This document shows positions 52,421 to 64,000 of a stretch of 64,000 nucleotides of DNA, in pieces. Below the pieces are notes generated by a model. That model was not told the origin of the DNA. It searched no databases and saw only the letters and a list, made by a program, of their open reading frames with translations. Each line of letters begins with the position of its first letter. Within the stretch, counting starts at the first letter, position 1. Made by a program: the position numbers and the translations under genes. The stretch lies in the NCBI GenBank assembly GCA_977017645.1, contig OZ360246.1, positions 20,026,001 to 20,090,000 of the forward strand, in the 5' to 3' direction. The stretch is from Torpedo marmorata. Taxonomy: Eukaryota.

Positions 52421-53938
52421 TTCTCCTTGGGTGTTCATCTTAACAGAAGCTAGTCTTCAACCCATTAAAAAACATGGATTGCTCAAACCTGGGTGGGGGG
52501 GGGGGGTGGTGGGGGTGGTGATCCAAGAAAATCCCACTGCATTGTTGAAGATTCATGCTCCAGACATAGGCTGCTACAACAGTGTGGAAAATTCCCCAGG
52601 AGTGTCCTATCCACAAAGAGCAAGACAAATCCAATCCAGGCCAATTCCTATTTATCAGTCTGTTCTCCACCAGCAGCAATTGAAGGAGTCATCAACAGTG
52701 GCAATAAAGCAAATGGCATGATCTCAGCATCCCTTGTCTGAACAGGACCCCCAAATGGACAGATGTTTCAAAGAGCCAGCATGGGCAATATAGGCTGAAT
52801 GGACTCCTTATTAGCTAATAAGATTCTATTATTCTAAAAGACTTCAAAATAGCTGAAGGACAGTGTTATACTTATTTTGTTTCCAAATGAGCAAGGGCTG
52901 GAAAATCTAAAGCTTGCTTGTAGGAAAAAGAAATAAAGGTGACAGCTGTTGTCAGCACACATTCCAGAAAGATTTCTCACTGCCAGAGTCTGCCTCTTCC
53001 CACCACTTTCAAGCACACCGATCCCTCAAACATTTTCTACATTTCAGTGTGGATCTCTCAGCCTCTCTGGGGCCTTCTAAAACACTGCAAACATTAATCA
53101 CTGAAATGTCTGCACGGTGCCAAACTCTGACCATGCCCTGCCCCCACAACCTGCCCCCATGAGCTGAGAGGGTCTAATGGCAACTTGAGGAATTAAGACA
53201 CGGTAGAAGTCCCTCCAATGGAAATTCATCAGGTGCCCAGCTGGGGCTGATGATTTTCTTCAGAGGTGTGGAAGCCAGAGATGGTGAAGAACTCATAATG
53301 GGGCAAGTCTGAGGGATAGCTTAGGGAATGGTGCTGGGCAAAGGGTGCATGAAGGGAAGGTATATTGGTGTGATTCACTCTGCTTTTTAGCACTGAGCCT
53401 GGTTCTTTTGGACCCAAAGTTTTAGGAATGTATGCCATTAGTGCTCAGTGCATAACTCTTCTTCCTCGGAGGCAGATTTTGTGTTTAAACCCCACCCAAC
53501 ATGTGCACAGTGCCCAGGGAACACCACACTGTGGGAGGTGCTACCTCTCAGACAAGGTAAAAGATTGATGCCCTGTCAGCTGGAGATGAAAGATTGCACA
53601 ACACTATTTTGAAGGAAGCATGAGTTATTTTCAGTGTCCTCACCATGTCCAGGCTTTAAGTGAAATCATAATCTGGTCATTTATCACGTTGCAGTTTGTG
53701 GATTTTTACACAGTCTCAGCTACGCTGCTCTTGTTCTCAACTTTCATCAGCATGCACAGACTACTTGTCTTCAGAACCTGCAACTTGCTTTGAGCCTTTG
53801 ATTTCTGGTGTTGATGTCGTTTCATAAAGCTTGAATGTGGCACCTTCACTGTGAGAGATGCTGAGCTCAACAGCAGCGTCCCACTGATTCAACTTCTGCC
53901 AGGTAATGTCGCTGACCACTAAACACTTTCATCTACCT

Positions 53939-54069
53939 CAGTGGTTCTCAACCTTTTTTTTCCACTTCCTTTTCCACTTTTTCCACCCTATGCCATAGGG
54001 TGCTCTGTGGTTAATAAGAGATTACTTAAGGTGGTATGTGAGTGGAAAATAAAAGGTTGAGAACCACTG
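53939..54069. mobile_element. hAT-Charlie MITE, monomer of the family at 13573-13940
   Basis: TIRs cagtggttctcaacctttt / aaaaggttgagaaccactg; flanks atctacct and atctatgt. Confidence 0.85.
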
Positions 54070-55097
54070 ATCTATGTGTTCTAGCTTATACTTGCACTTT
54101 GCTGATCACAACATCTGATCCCTGCCATTTAACTGCGGGATTCTGTCAAACCTATGGTCAATGTGCCAGTGAGGTTCTCTTCTCTTCACTTAACCTCATT
54201 TAGTCAGTACCCTCCAACATTAAAACAGAGAGTGCAGTAACACACCAAGCCCACAGAACAATAAAAACAATGCTGCTTTTCAGCTTCGATAAGCGACAGG
54301 ATATTGACTCAAATAATTCCGAGAAGAGATTCCATCAACAAAAGCATAATTCTATATCAGTAGTTCTATATCTTGTCCAAGAAGCATGGAATGAAGCAGC
54401 ACAGAAGGAAACCATTCAGCTGACTGTAACACAACTGGCCTCCCGGCACAGACACTCAATTAGTCTCACCTTCTCTGTAACCCTGTGCTTTGTCTTCCAT
54501 TAAAATATTTAATCAATATATTTACAAATGTTTCTATTGATTCTATTCCCACAACACCCTCTTTCACACCGTACTTTCCAGATCACAATGACTTGTTGTG
54601 TTACTGATTCATTTTTCTTTCCTCTGTGTTGTCTGATTCCCAACTTGTAAAAAAAATCCTTCTTACTCTGCCAAAATCGTTGAGGCTTTTGCCCATTTTT
54701 TTTTTTACTTACTTTCTCCTCCTTTCTTCCACAGGACTGAAGTCCTGTCATGGAACCATACCTAATGTGTCAGGTACATGAATGAGTTCATTGATCGCAC
54801 TCTTTGATCGGGCAATCCCATTCTAAGGGCGCATGGAATGGAGAGGCAACAGAGAAATCAATGTAATAATATTTATTTTATCCTGTCTTCCAGTCAGATT
54901 CTCAAACAACCTTGGAGTTTACTCTCTTTGCTGTTCTCTATCATACTATGAGCTTTAATGTTGGGCTGAAGATGGAGATGTGGAGTGCCATGCAGTGAGA
55001 TGCAGCAAACCCTCACTGAGAGAACCATTCACTATTTCACTGAGGTTCGCCCATCAGGGGCTGAGCCCTCTGGACCAGACCAGCCCATGGTTTGAGT

Positions 55098-55275
55098 GAG
55101 ACATGAAAGTCCGCAGACGCTGTGTTTGTAGTAGAAGCACAGAATGCTGGAGGAACTCAGCAGGTCTCGCAGCATCCATAGGAGGTAAAGATATATAACC
55201 GACGTTTCAGGCTTGAGCCCTTCTTCAAGCAGTATGAGTAAAAAGCAGGCAAGCGCCTGATTTAAAATGCTGGGG
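55098..55275 (-). mobile_element. PLE terminal repeat with hammerhead-like motif
   Basis: Reverse complement of 55201-55229 is cttgaagaagggctcaagcctgaaacgtc. Confidence 0.75.
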
Positions 55276-55419
55276 AGAAGGAAAGAGATGGTTTGTATCA
55301 GGTTGACTTATGTACCCTGGGCTGCAGAGGGGCTGCCACATTTGGGAAAGAGTGACAGAAAGATCAGCCAGGCTTCCTTCCTTCTGCTTCTTCTTAATTA
55401 TGAAGAGATGAGGGTGAAA

Positions 55420-57528
55420 GCACAGAAGTAATGTGGAGGAAGTTTAGGGACCACTTGTGCTGGGTTCAGGATAGGTTTGTCCCACTGGGACAAGGAAAAG
55501 ATGGAGGAAAAGGGAACTGTGGCTGATGAAACAGGTGAGGCAGCTAGTCAAGAGGAAGAAGGAAGCATATGTTAGATATAGGAAGCAGGAAACAGGAAGG
55601 GCTCATGAGAAATATATGGTAGCCAGGAAGGATCTTAAGAAAGGACTTAGGAGAGCTCAAAGGGGGCATGAGAAGGGCTTGGCATGTAGAATTAAGGAGA
55701 ACCCCAAGGCGTTCTATACGCATGTGAAGAACAGAAGGATGACGAGAATGAAGGTGGGGCCACTAAAGGATAAAGGAGACAACATGTGCCTGGAGACGGA
55801 GGAGGTTGGGGAGGTCCTAAATGAATACTTTGCTTCAGTATTCACAAGAGAAAAGGACCTTGATCAGGGTGAGGTCGGAATTGAACAGGCCTGTGTGCTG
55901 GACAATGTGGGGATTAAGGAAGAGGAAGTGTTGGATCTTCTTAAAAACATCAAGATTGATAAGTCCCCGGGGCCGGATGTGATATACCCCAGGCTGCTGT
56001 GGGAAGTGAGGGAAGAGATAGCTGGGGCAGTAGCTATGATCTTTGAATCCTCTTTGGCCGCAAGGGAGGTGCCGGAGGATTGGAGAATGGCAAATGTAGT
56101 CCCCTTGTTTAGAAAAGGTAATAGGGAGAATCCTGGGAATTATAGTCGCGTCAGTGATGTGTAAACTATTGGAGAGGATTCTTAAGGATAGGATCTATGA
56201 CCATTTGGAGAAGTACAGTTTACTCAAGGATAGTCAGCATGGCTTTGTGAAGGGAAGGTTGTGCCTCATGAGCCTAATTGAGTTTTTTTAAGGAGGTAAC
56301 AAAAGAAATTGATGAGGGTAGGGTGGTAGATGTGGTCTACATGGATTTTAGCAAGGCATTTGACAAGGTCCTCCACGAGAGACTCATGCAGAATGTCAAA
56401 AGGCATGGTATCAGTGGAAACTTGGCTGTGTGGATAAAAAATTGGCTTGCAGGAAGAAAGCAGAGAGTAGTAGTGGAAGGAAAGTATTCTGCCTGGAGGT
56501 CGGTGACTAGTGGAGTGCCGCAAGGATCTGTTCTGGGACCCCTGCTCTTTGTGATTTTTATAAATGACCTGGATGAAGAGGCGGAAGGATGGGTCAGTAA
56601 GTTTGCGGATGACACAAAGGTTTGAGGAGTTGTGGATGGAGCTGAAGGTTGTCAAAGGTTACAAGAGGATATAGACAGGACGCAGAGTTGGGCAGAAAAG
56701 TGGCAGATGGAGTTCAATTCGGATAAGTGTGAGGTGATGCATTTTGGAAGGACTAACCAGAAGGCTGAGTACAGGGTTAATGGTTGGATACTTAAGAGTG
56801 TGGATGAACAGAGGGACCTTGGGGTTCAAATCCATACATCCCTCAAGGTCGTCGCACAGGTTGATAGGATAGTTAAGAAGGCCTATGGGATGCTGGGCTT
56901 TATTAATAGGGGATTGAGTTCAGGAGTAGAGAGGTCATGTTGCAACTCTACAAATCTCTGGTAAGACCACACTTACAGTATTGTGTTCAGTTCTGGTCAC
57001 CTCATTATAGGAAGGATGTGGAAGCTATGGAGAGGGTGCAGAGGAGATTTACCAGGATGTTGCCTGGATTGGAAAACAATTCTTATGAGGCAAGGTTAGT
57101 AGAACTGGGACTTTTCTCTTTGGAGCGTAGAAGGATGAGAGGAGACTTGATAGAGGTCTACAAGATTATGAAAGGCATAGAATGGGTGGACGGCCAGCAC
57201 CTGTTTCCCAGGGCAGGAATAGCAAACACCAGAGGACATATGTACAAAGGTAAGGGAGGGAGGTTTAGGCGAGACATCAGGGGTAGGTTTTTTTTACACA
57301 GAGAGTTGTGGGTGCCTGGAATGCCTTGCCGGGGATGGTGGTGGAGGCTGAAACATTAGGGGCATTTAAGAGACTCTTAGACAGGCACATGGATGGAAGA
57401 GAAATAGAGGATTACGGGGTAGGGTGGGTTTAGTACTTTTTTTTAAGGAATATATGGGTCGGCACAACATCGAGGGCCGAAGGGCCTGTACTGTGCTGTC
57501 GTGTTCTATGTTCTATATGTTCTATGTT
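55420..57528 (+). mobile_element. CR1 LINE, 5'-truncated ORF2 with RT, pseudogenised
   Basis: [51 protein letters not shown] and RPHLQYCVQFWSP spread over broken ORFs; (tgttcta)n tail at about 57502-57528. Confidence 0.95.
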
Positions 57529-57532
57529 ATTA

Positions 57533-57645
57533 TTCTGATCCTTGAAGAAGGGCTCAGGCCCGAAATGTCGGTAATATATCTTTACCTCCTGTGGATGCTG
57601 CGAGACCAGCTGAGTTCCTCCAGCATTTCTCTGTGTTTTTCCTTC
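57533..57645 (+). mobile_element. PLE terminal repeat with hammerhead-like motif
   Basis: cttgaagaagggctcaggcccgaaatgtcgg...gatgctgcgagaccagctgagttcctccagcatt, an inverted homolog of 55098-55275. Confidence 0.75.
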
Positions 57646-59955
57646 TTCTGAGTGATCCTTCTATGTGTGGGCTTCAAGACTGGTCAACATAGACTCCCTG
57701 TGATGTTCTAAATGACCAAGTTTCTGTTGTCTCACCTAGGAAGAGAGGATGCCTGGCTGTTGGACAACCATGTTTTGCAAGAGAGTCAAATTGCTCTCGG
57801 GCTGAATCATTTCTAATGGATCCACAGTTTGTTTTCCCTTTGTATTTAAGTCACATTCACTGTGAGCCCACCTCCCACTGAAGGTGAAGACAAATGGGGG
57901 AGGGGTGAAAGAGGAAGCTTTGTCAAATGTTTAGCTGTACAATGATCCAAAGAAAGAGGGAGTGCAACGCTCGCATAACCTCAGGTAAACTACCGGCTCT
58001 GGTTGAGAGTTGTCAGAGCAAAAGCTGCTGATTGCTGAGGTTTCTTTCTGAAACAATTCCCTGGAGCCTTGTGTAATGATGAAACTAAACAAACATCTTG
58101 TACAACCTCTGCTCTCACACTTTAATGGTGCTGATTCACTAACTGTGGTCATCACTGGTTAACATAAAGCTGCCCAAAAATCCCAATAGACCAAGTCCCT
58201 TTTCATTCCTTCCTCTGGTACAGAATTGGAATAAATCTAAACCCTCCCCATTCACTCCCATTGTAGAATTCCCAATGATGTAAAAGACTATTCAATTCAC
58301 TCTCATTATACAGAATCCCAATTGTTTTAAACCCCTTTCTGTTCATTCTAATATAAAGAATTCTGAAGAATTCACATGTCTTTACTATTCATTATTATAT
58401 GGAATCCAAGACCATTCTCATTTACTTCCTTTATGCAGAATCCCAAAGGATTGAAATATGTTTGCTCCTTCATTCACAATCCCACTATATATTAACCCTT
58501 TTCCACATTTACATTGCACTGAATCCAAATTCACCATCATCTAAAAGATTTCTGGTTGCTTGAATGCATGCCTGCTGTGAAGAAACTCAGAAACTTTCAT
58601 TCATTTGGTACATTTAACAGAGCCAAAGTTATCTAACGTGTTTCACAGGCATGTCGACAAAAAAAAAAAAATTATCACATTAGCTGATAATAGGGCAGAT
58701 GATAAATAACGGTCAAAGTGCTGGGTTTTAAGAAGTGTAAAGTGAAAGATCTTGAGGAGGAAACTCCAGAGATTAGGTCCTTGGAAGGTGAGGCACAGTT
58801 AATAGTTGAACAATTACATGTGAAGATGATTGAGAGGCTAAAAATGAAGATGTGAAAATTTATGGAGCTGGAGAATATTAGAGTGACAGCAAGATCCTGG
58901 AGGGATTTGAAAGCAAGAATGAATTTTTTAAAAACAATACATTACTAACTGGGAAGTAATGAAATGTGGATGAGAAGAACACTGGTAGCAGAGTTTGAAA
59001 GACTTTGGGTTTACAGAGGGTAGAACAAATTGATATTAGTTTGAATGGCCAAGTCCAGAGTTAGCAGAAGCATGATGAAAATTTCAGCTGGTGATCTGAG
59101 GCAGGGACAGAGATGGACTTTACTGTGGAGTTGTAAATAGATGGCCTTAATTATGGCCAATCCCACTGTGCAGAATCCCAATGGTTCAAGCTCTTTCTCA
59201 TTGACTCTAACCACAAACGTTTCCAGTGCATCAATCTCCTTCTCATTTATTTCCAATTACTCCAGTCTAAGCTTTTCTAATTTTGCCATTTTATTGGGAA
59301 CTCCAAGGGAGCTGAGCTTTTCCCATTTATTCCCAGTGGCACAAGGACAGCTTCTTCACCTCTGCCGTCAGATTTCTGAACAGACAACGAACCACAGACA
59401 CTACCTCACTTTCTCTTATTTTGGCACTAATTTATTTGTTTTTAAATGTAATTTTATAGCAATGTTTGCACTGTGATGCTGCCACAAAACACAAATTTCG
59501 TGACATGTTCATGACAATAAATTCTGATTCTGATTACTCTTACTATGTGGTCCTGGTCCATAGAACAGGAAAAGGATTTGGAAAAGTGGGAGGATTTAAA
59601 GTGTTCAAGGGCTTCAGAAATTCAGGATTAAAGAATGGAAGTTAATTTCTTTCACATTACAAAGGAACGTAAGCAGTTTATGTGAATGCAATACCCCACC
59701 TTTGCTCCATGTTGGCAACAACCTATTTGTTCCATACCAGGAAAAATAAGATGGCACAACATTTCAAAACATACTGAAATGCATGTAATGTACTCAAAAT
59801 GTATTTCAAGAGGATATAGACAGGTTGGTGAAATGGGTGGACACATTGCAGAGGAAATGTAGTGCAGAAAATATGAAGTAATTTAGTTTGATAGGAACAG
59901 GCAAAGTAAACTGCAGAGATCTAAAAGGGGTACCAGAACAAAATGGTCAAGGGTA

Positions 59956-60174
59956 TGTGGTGGAACGCGGTACTGCGGGCATGTCCGGGCATGTCCTCAC
60001 TGGCTCACTGGGCTAACCTGTAGCCCCTCCCCATTACATCCCCTAATAAAGGCTGAGAGCCCTCGTCTCCTCCCCTATACCTGCCTTGGACGTAGAGGCA
60101 TGCTCGAACTTTCTGATCAATAAAGCCTTTGATCACTTTCTTCGTGTCTGCGAGTGGTCATTGATCGCGCTACA
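59956..60174 (+). repeat. 5' LTR (219 bp)
   Basis: tgtggtgg...gcgctaca; by manual alignment 6 substitutions and one 15-bp indel relative to the 3' LTR. Confidence 0.95.
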
Positions 60175-60201
60175 ATTTATTGATCAGAATTTTAAAGTGC
60201 C

Positions 60202-60969
60202 ATGGAGAAGGCAATTAGACTGGAGAAGCTGGAGACCGATCCGAAGGAACCAGAGGCCTCCATAAAGTTCGATATGTGGCTACACTGCTTGAAGGCCTAC
60301 CTGAGGCGCCACGATATCACAACCAACCCGGATAAGTACGATCTGCTCTTCGCAGCGGTGGGCCACAGAGCGTACCAAATTATCCGAGACTGCACCGAAT
60401 ATGAAGAGGCAATGGCTCTACTTCGACAACGATACGGAACCCCAGCGAACGCCATATACGCACGCTTCCAGCTGGACTCCCGACGCCAGGGTCCCGGTGA
60501 GTCGGTAGACGAGTTCGTGAGGGCCATGCGGGAGTTGGGACGAGCCTGCGGGTGCCGGGACATGAGCGCGGCGCTCTACCAAGAGGAGCTCATCCGCGAT
60601 GGGCTCGTCGCGGGCTTCCGCTCCCAAAACATAAGGGAGCGACTCCTGGAGGAAGGAGATCGGTCCCTCCAGGTAGTGGTGTAGGTGGCCCGAGCGATGG
60701 AGGCGGCCCAAAAGAACGCGGAGGCCTACTCAGCGGGCCACGCGGCCACCAGGTGGGGAGAACGGGCGGCGCCATCTTGGGACACGGGGCCCCTGACTGC
60801 AGCGGCCATCGCCAAACACGCGAGGTGCAACTACTGCGGCCAAAGTAGACACCCGCGGAAGTACTGTCCGGCCCGTAGCGCGACCTGCTCAAACTGCCAG
60901 AGGAAAGGACACTATGCCAGGGTATGTCGCTCCAAGCCCCACTCCAACAGTGCCGCGTGCGGACCGTGA
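60202..60969 (+). pseudogene. gag: Gypsy gag with an in-frame stop (TAG 60682-60684)
   Basis: RRQGPGESVDEFV motif and two CX2CX4HX4C knuckles (CNYCGQSRHPRKYC and CSNCQRKGHYARVC). Confidence 0.9.
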
Positions 60970-61200
60970 CTCTCCTTGCCATCTTGGACCCATCCACTTC
61001 CGCCGTCATTTCCGGTTGCCGAAAACCGAGCTTCTGGAACAGGGGCGCAACAAAAAGGACTGACGTTTTCTTCTCCGGACTCGACCGCGTGCGATCCATG
61101 GGGGCGGACATCTTCACGATCTCCCGGGCAGCCATCTTGGCGGCAGCCAACCTGAAATAGCAGCAGTGACTCGGACAGTGAGCTGACGCTGGCGTCCATC

Positions 61201-63252
61201 GTGCTGGACCAAGGGAGACCACACCAGCTGGGGCGATCGATGATGGATGTTGAGGTAAACGGTCACTCCACTGGCTGTCTGTTCGACACGGGAAGCACTG
61301 AGAGCTTCATACACCCAGGCACGGCCGAGTGTTATTCCCTGACCGTGTCCCCAGCCAAAGGAAAGGTAGCACTAGCCTCCAAATCCCTCTCCGCGGAAAT
61401 CCGCGGAAGCTGCACCGTGACCCTAACCGTGGGGGGCACCAATTATAAGAATTTTAAACTACTGGTAATGCCCCACCTCTGCGCACCCGTCATATTGGGG
61501 CTAGATTTCCAGTGCCAGTTTAAAGGGGTGCTGATGCAGTTTGACGGGCCCCACCCCCCACTCACCGTCACTAATAACCAGTACCGGGAGGCCACGCCCA
61601 TTCCCCAGAGGAGGCCCAATCACACGATTGAAAGCCGGGCTGGACACCCAACCTGCGGACTAACCACCCTCCGGGTCCCTCCGCCCCCGCTGTTCCAAAA
61701 CCTCACTCCGGACTGTAAACCGATTGCTACTAAGAGCAGGCGATACTGCCCTGGGGACAGAAAATTCATTAAAACGGAGGTAGAGCGGCTGCGGGAGGAG
61801 GGCATTATAGAGCCAAGCAATAGTCCCTGGAGGGAGCAAGTAGTGGTGGTGAAGAGTGGAGAGAAACATCGGATGGTCATTGACTACAGTCAGACCATCA
61901 ACCGGTTCACCTTGCTGGACGCCTACCCTTTGCCCCGCATATCAGAGATGGTAAATGAGATCGCCAAGTACAGGGTCTTTTCAACCATGGACCTAAAAGC
62001 GGCGTACCACCAGATCCCGATTCGCCCAAAAGACCGGCTGTACACAGCATTTGAGGCCAACGGCCGACTCTACCATTTCCTGCGGGTCCCATTCGGTCTC
62101 ACGAATGGGGTGTCAGTGTTCCAAAGGGAAATGGACCGCATGGTGGATGACAATAAGCTGAAGGCTACGTTTCCATACTTGGACAATGTCACCATCTGCG
62201 GCCATGACCAAAAGGAGCACGACGAGAACCTGCAGAGGTTCCTGGCCACCGCAAAGACACTCAACCTCACGTATAATGAGAAAAAGTGTGTCTTTAGCAC
62301 CAAAAGGCTGGCAATCCTGGGGTACGTGGTGGAGCATGGGGCTATCACCCCCAACCCCGAGCGTATGCGCCCCCTACTGGAATTACCCTTGCCACAGAAC
62401 CGCAAGGCTTTAAAAAGGTGCCTGGGGCTCTTCTCCCATTATGCCCAGTGGATCCCTAACTATGCGGACAAGGCCCAACCTCTAGTGAGAACCACGACTT
62501 TTACCCCATCGGCGGAGGCCTGTAAGGCTTTCGAGGGCATCAGAGGCGAGATTGTCAAGGCGGGAATGCACGCCATTGATGAATCCATCTCTTTCCAAGT
62601 GGAAAGTGATGACTCTGACTTCGCACTGGCCGCCACGCTGAACCAAGCAGGTAGGCCAGTCGCATTTTTTTCCCGTACCCTCCAAGGCCCCGAACGCAGG
62701 CACTCCACCATCGAGAAGGAGGCACAGGCTATAGTGGAGGCAGTGCGTCATTGGAGGCACTAATTGGCCGGCAGACCATTCACCCTGCTGACGGACCAGA
62801 GAGCTGTCGCGTTCATGTTTAACAATAAACAGCAGGGTAAGATCAAAAATGACAAAATCATGAGGTGGAGAATTGAGCTGTCCACCTACAATTATGAAAT
62901 ATGGTACCGTCCGGGTAAGCTCAATGAGCCACCCGACACCCTGTCCAGGGGAACCTGCGCCACGTGCAAGTTAATCGCCTCCAGGCCCTCCACGATAGCC
63001 TCTGCCATCCCGGGGTCACTAGGCTCTTCCATTTTGTGAGGGCCCGTAACCTTCCCTACTCAGTGGAGAAAGTAAGGGAGCTGACTCGCAATTGCCAGGT
63101 CTGTGCCGAATGCACAGACCTGGCAATTTTATAGACCGGATAAAGCCCAACTGATCAAAGCCACTCGCCCTTTCAAACGTCTCAGCATGGACTTCAAGGG
63201 GCCCCTCCCGTCCCTGAATCGGAACTCCTACTTCCTGAACATCGTGGACGAG
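61201..63252 (+). pseudogene. pol: Gypsy pol (protease, RT, RNase H, integrase N-terminus), disrupted
   Basis: LFDTGSTESFI (protease), DAYPLPRI / DLKAAYHQI / VPFGLTN / YLDN (RT), EKEAQAIV and TDQRAV (RNase H), H..LCHPG...C..C and SMDFKGPLP (integrase start). Stop at 62761-62763 plus frameshifts. Confidence 0.92.
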
Positions 63253-63524
63253 TTACTCACGTTTCCCCCTTCACTTGTGTGTTCCCCCCCACTCTTACCA
63301 ATAAATTCACCACCCCCCTTCGGACCCGGGACACATGGAAACAGTTCAGCCCTCCGACAGCCAGCAGGTCGACACCGCTCAGCTTGATCCGAAGATACAG
63401 CCAGTACTTTGGAGATCTCAGCGCGAAAGAAAACCACCAGAGCGGCTGAACCTATGAGACTATAAACTGTATGGACATTGCCCCGCTTCACCCTTCCGGA
63501 CTTTATTAAAAAAGGAGGGGTGAA

Positions 63525-63758
63525 TGTGGTGGAACGCGGTACTGCGGGTATGTCTGGACATGTCCTCACTGGCTCACTGGGCTAACCTGTAGCCCCTCCC
63601 CATTACATCCCGTAATAAAGGCTGAGAGCCCTAGTCTCCTCCCCTATACCTGCCTTGGACGTGAGCCAGCAGCATGTAGAGGCATGCTCGAACTTTCTGA
63701 TCAATAAAGCCTTCGATCACTTTCTTCGTGTCTGCGAGTGGTCATTGATCGCGCTACA
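63525..63758 (+). repeat. 3' LTR (234 bp)
   Basis: Direct repeat of the 5' LTR with an extra gtgagccagcagcat. Confidence 0.95.
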
Positions 63759-64000
63759 GGGTATATGAAGAAAGATTGTTGAAAATGGCAGAGCAGATTG
63801 AGAAAATGGCTGAAAAAGTAAACCAGGCTTAATTCAAAGAGGGAAATAAGAAGGAAGTGAACTACCTGCATAACACCGGTCTGGACTTGACGAGAGCATT
63901 GCCGACTTCAAGTAACCAGGAAAGATGTGAAAACCTCAGAGAGAGATGTTGACTTTGTAGTTGGTCTGGAAAGTTGGGTTGTTCTCTTTGGAGAAGAGGA

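Larger units (their letters stand above)
59956..63758 (+). mobile_element. Ty3/Gypsy LTR retrotransposon, 3803 bp, internally deleted, inserted in an old CR1 fragment
   Basis: TG...CA LTRs, perfect 5-bp TSD GGGTA (59951-59955 and 63759-63763), PPT aaaaaaggaggggtgaa before the 3' LTR, domain order gag-PR-RT-RH-IN. Confidence 0.97.

Noticed and set aside
40051-64000. Upstream homeodomain exon (RRSRTTF...) and, in 1-7077, the terminal OAR exon
   Set aside because: Not found by eye; probably outside the window, although a miss cannot be excluded.

Overview
Vertebrate genomic DNA, most likely a cartilaginous fish (inferred from the repeat families). The window covers the 3' part of a pax7 gene on the minus strand. 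Three coding exons are read directly with canonical GT-AG sites and matching phases: 39885-40050 (homeodomain helix 3 plus linker), 38777-38976 and 7359-7605, with a 31.2 kb intron between the last two. Everything else is intronic and repeat-rich: a near full-length Penelope-like element (RT plus GIY-YIG), about nine hammerhead-ribozyme-like PLE terminal repeats, a Gypsy LTR element with intact LTRs and TSD, CR1/RTE/other LINE fragments, V-SINEs, a 5S-derived SINE3, hAT MITEs, and two inverted G-rich 39/42-bp minisatellite arrays. The most interesting signals are: (1) the Gypsy element has no tRNA-type PBS; a 14-nt PBS is instead perfectly complementary to its own LTR, as in Tf1-style self-priming, and its RT reads YLDN; (2) loop-less, probably dimer-dependent hammerhead motifs, one sitting at the tip of a 158-bp fold-back that also duplicates flanking DNA; (3) the inverted minisatellite pair and related degenerate arrays carrying Maf/AP-1 motifs in pax7 intron 7. 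All calls are by eye, without database searches; repeat boundaries without a TSD are approximate.
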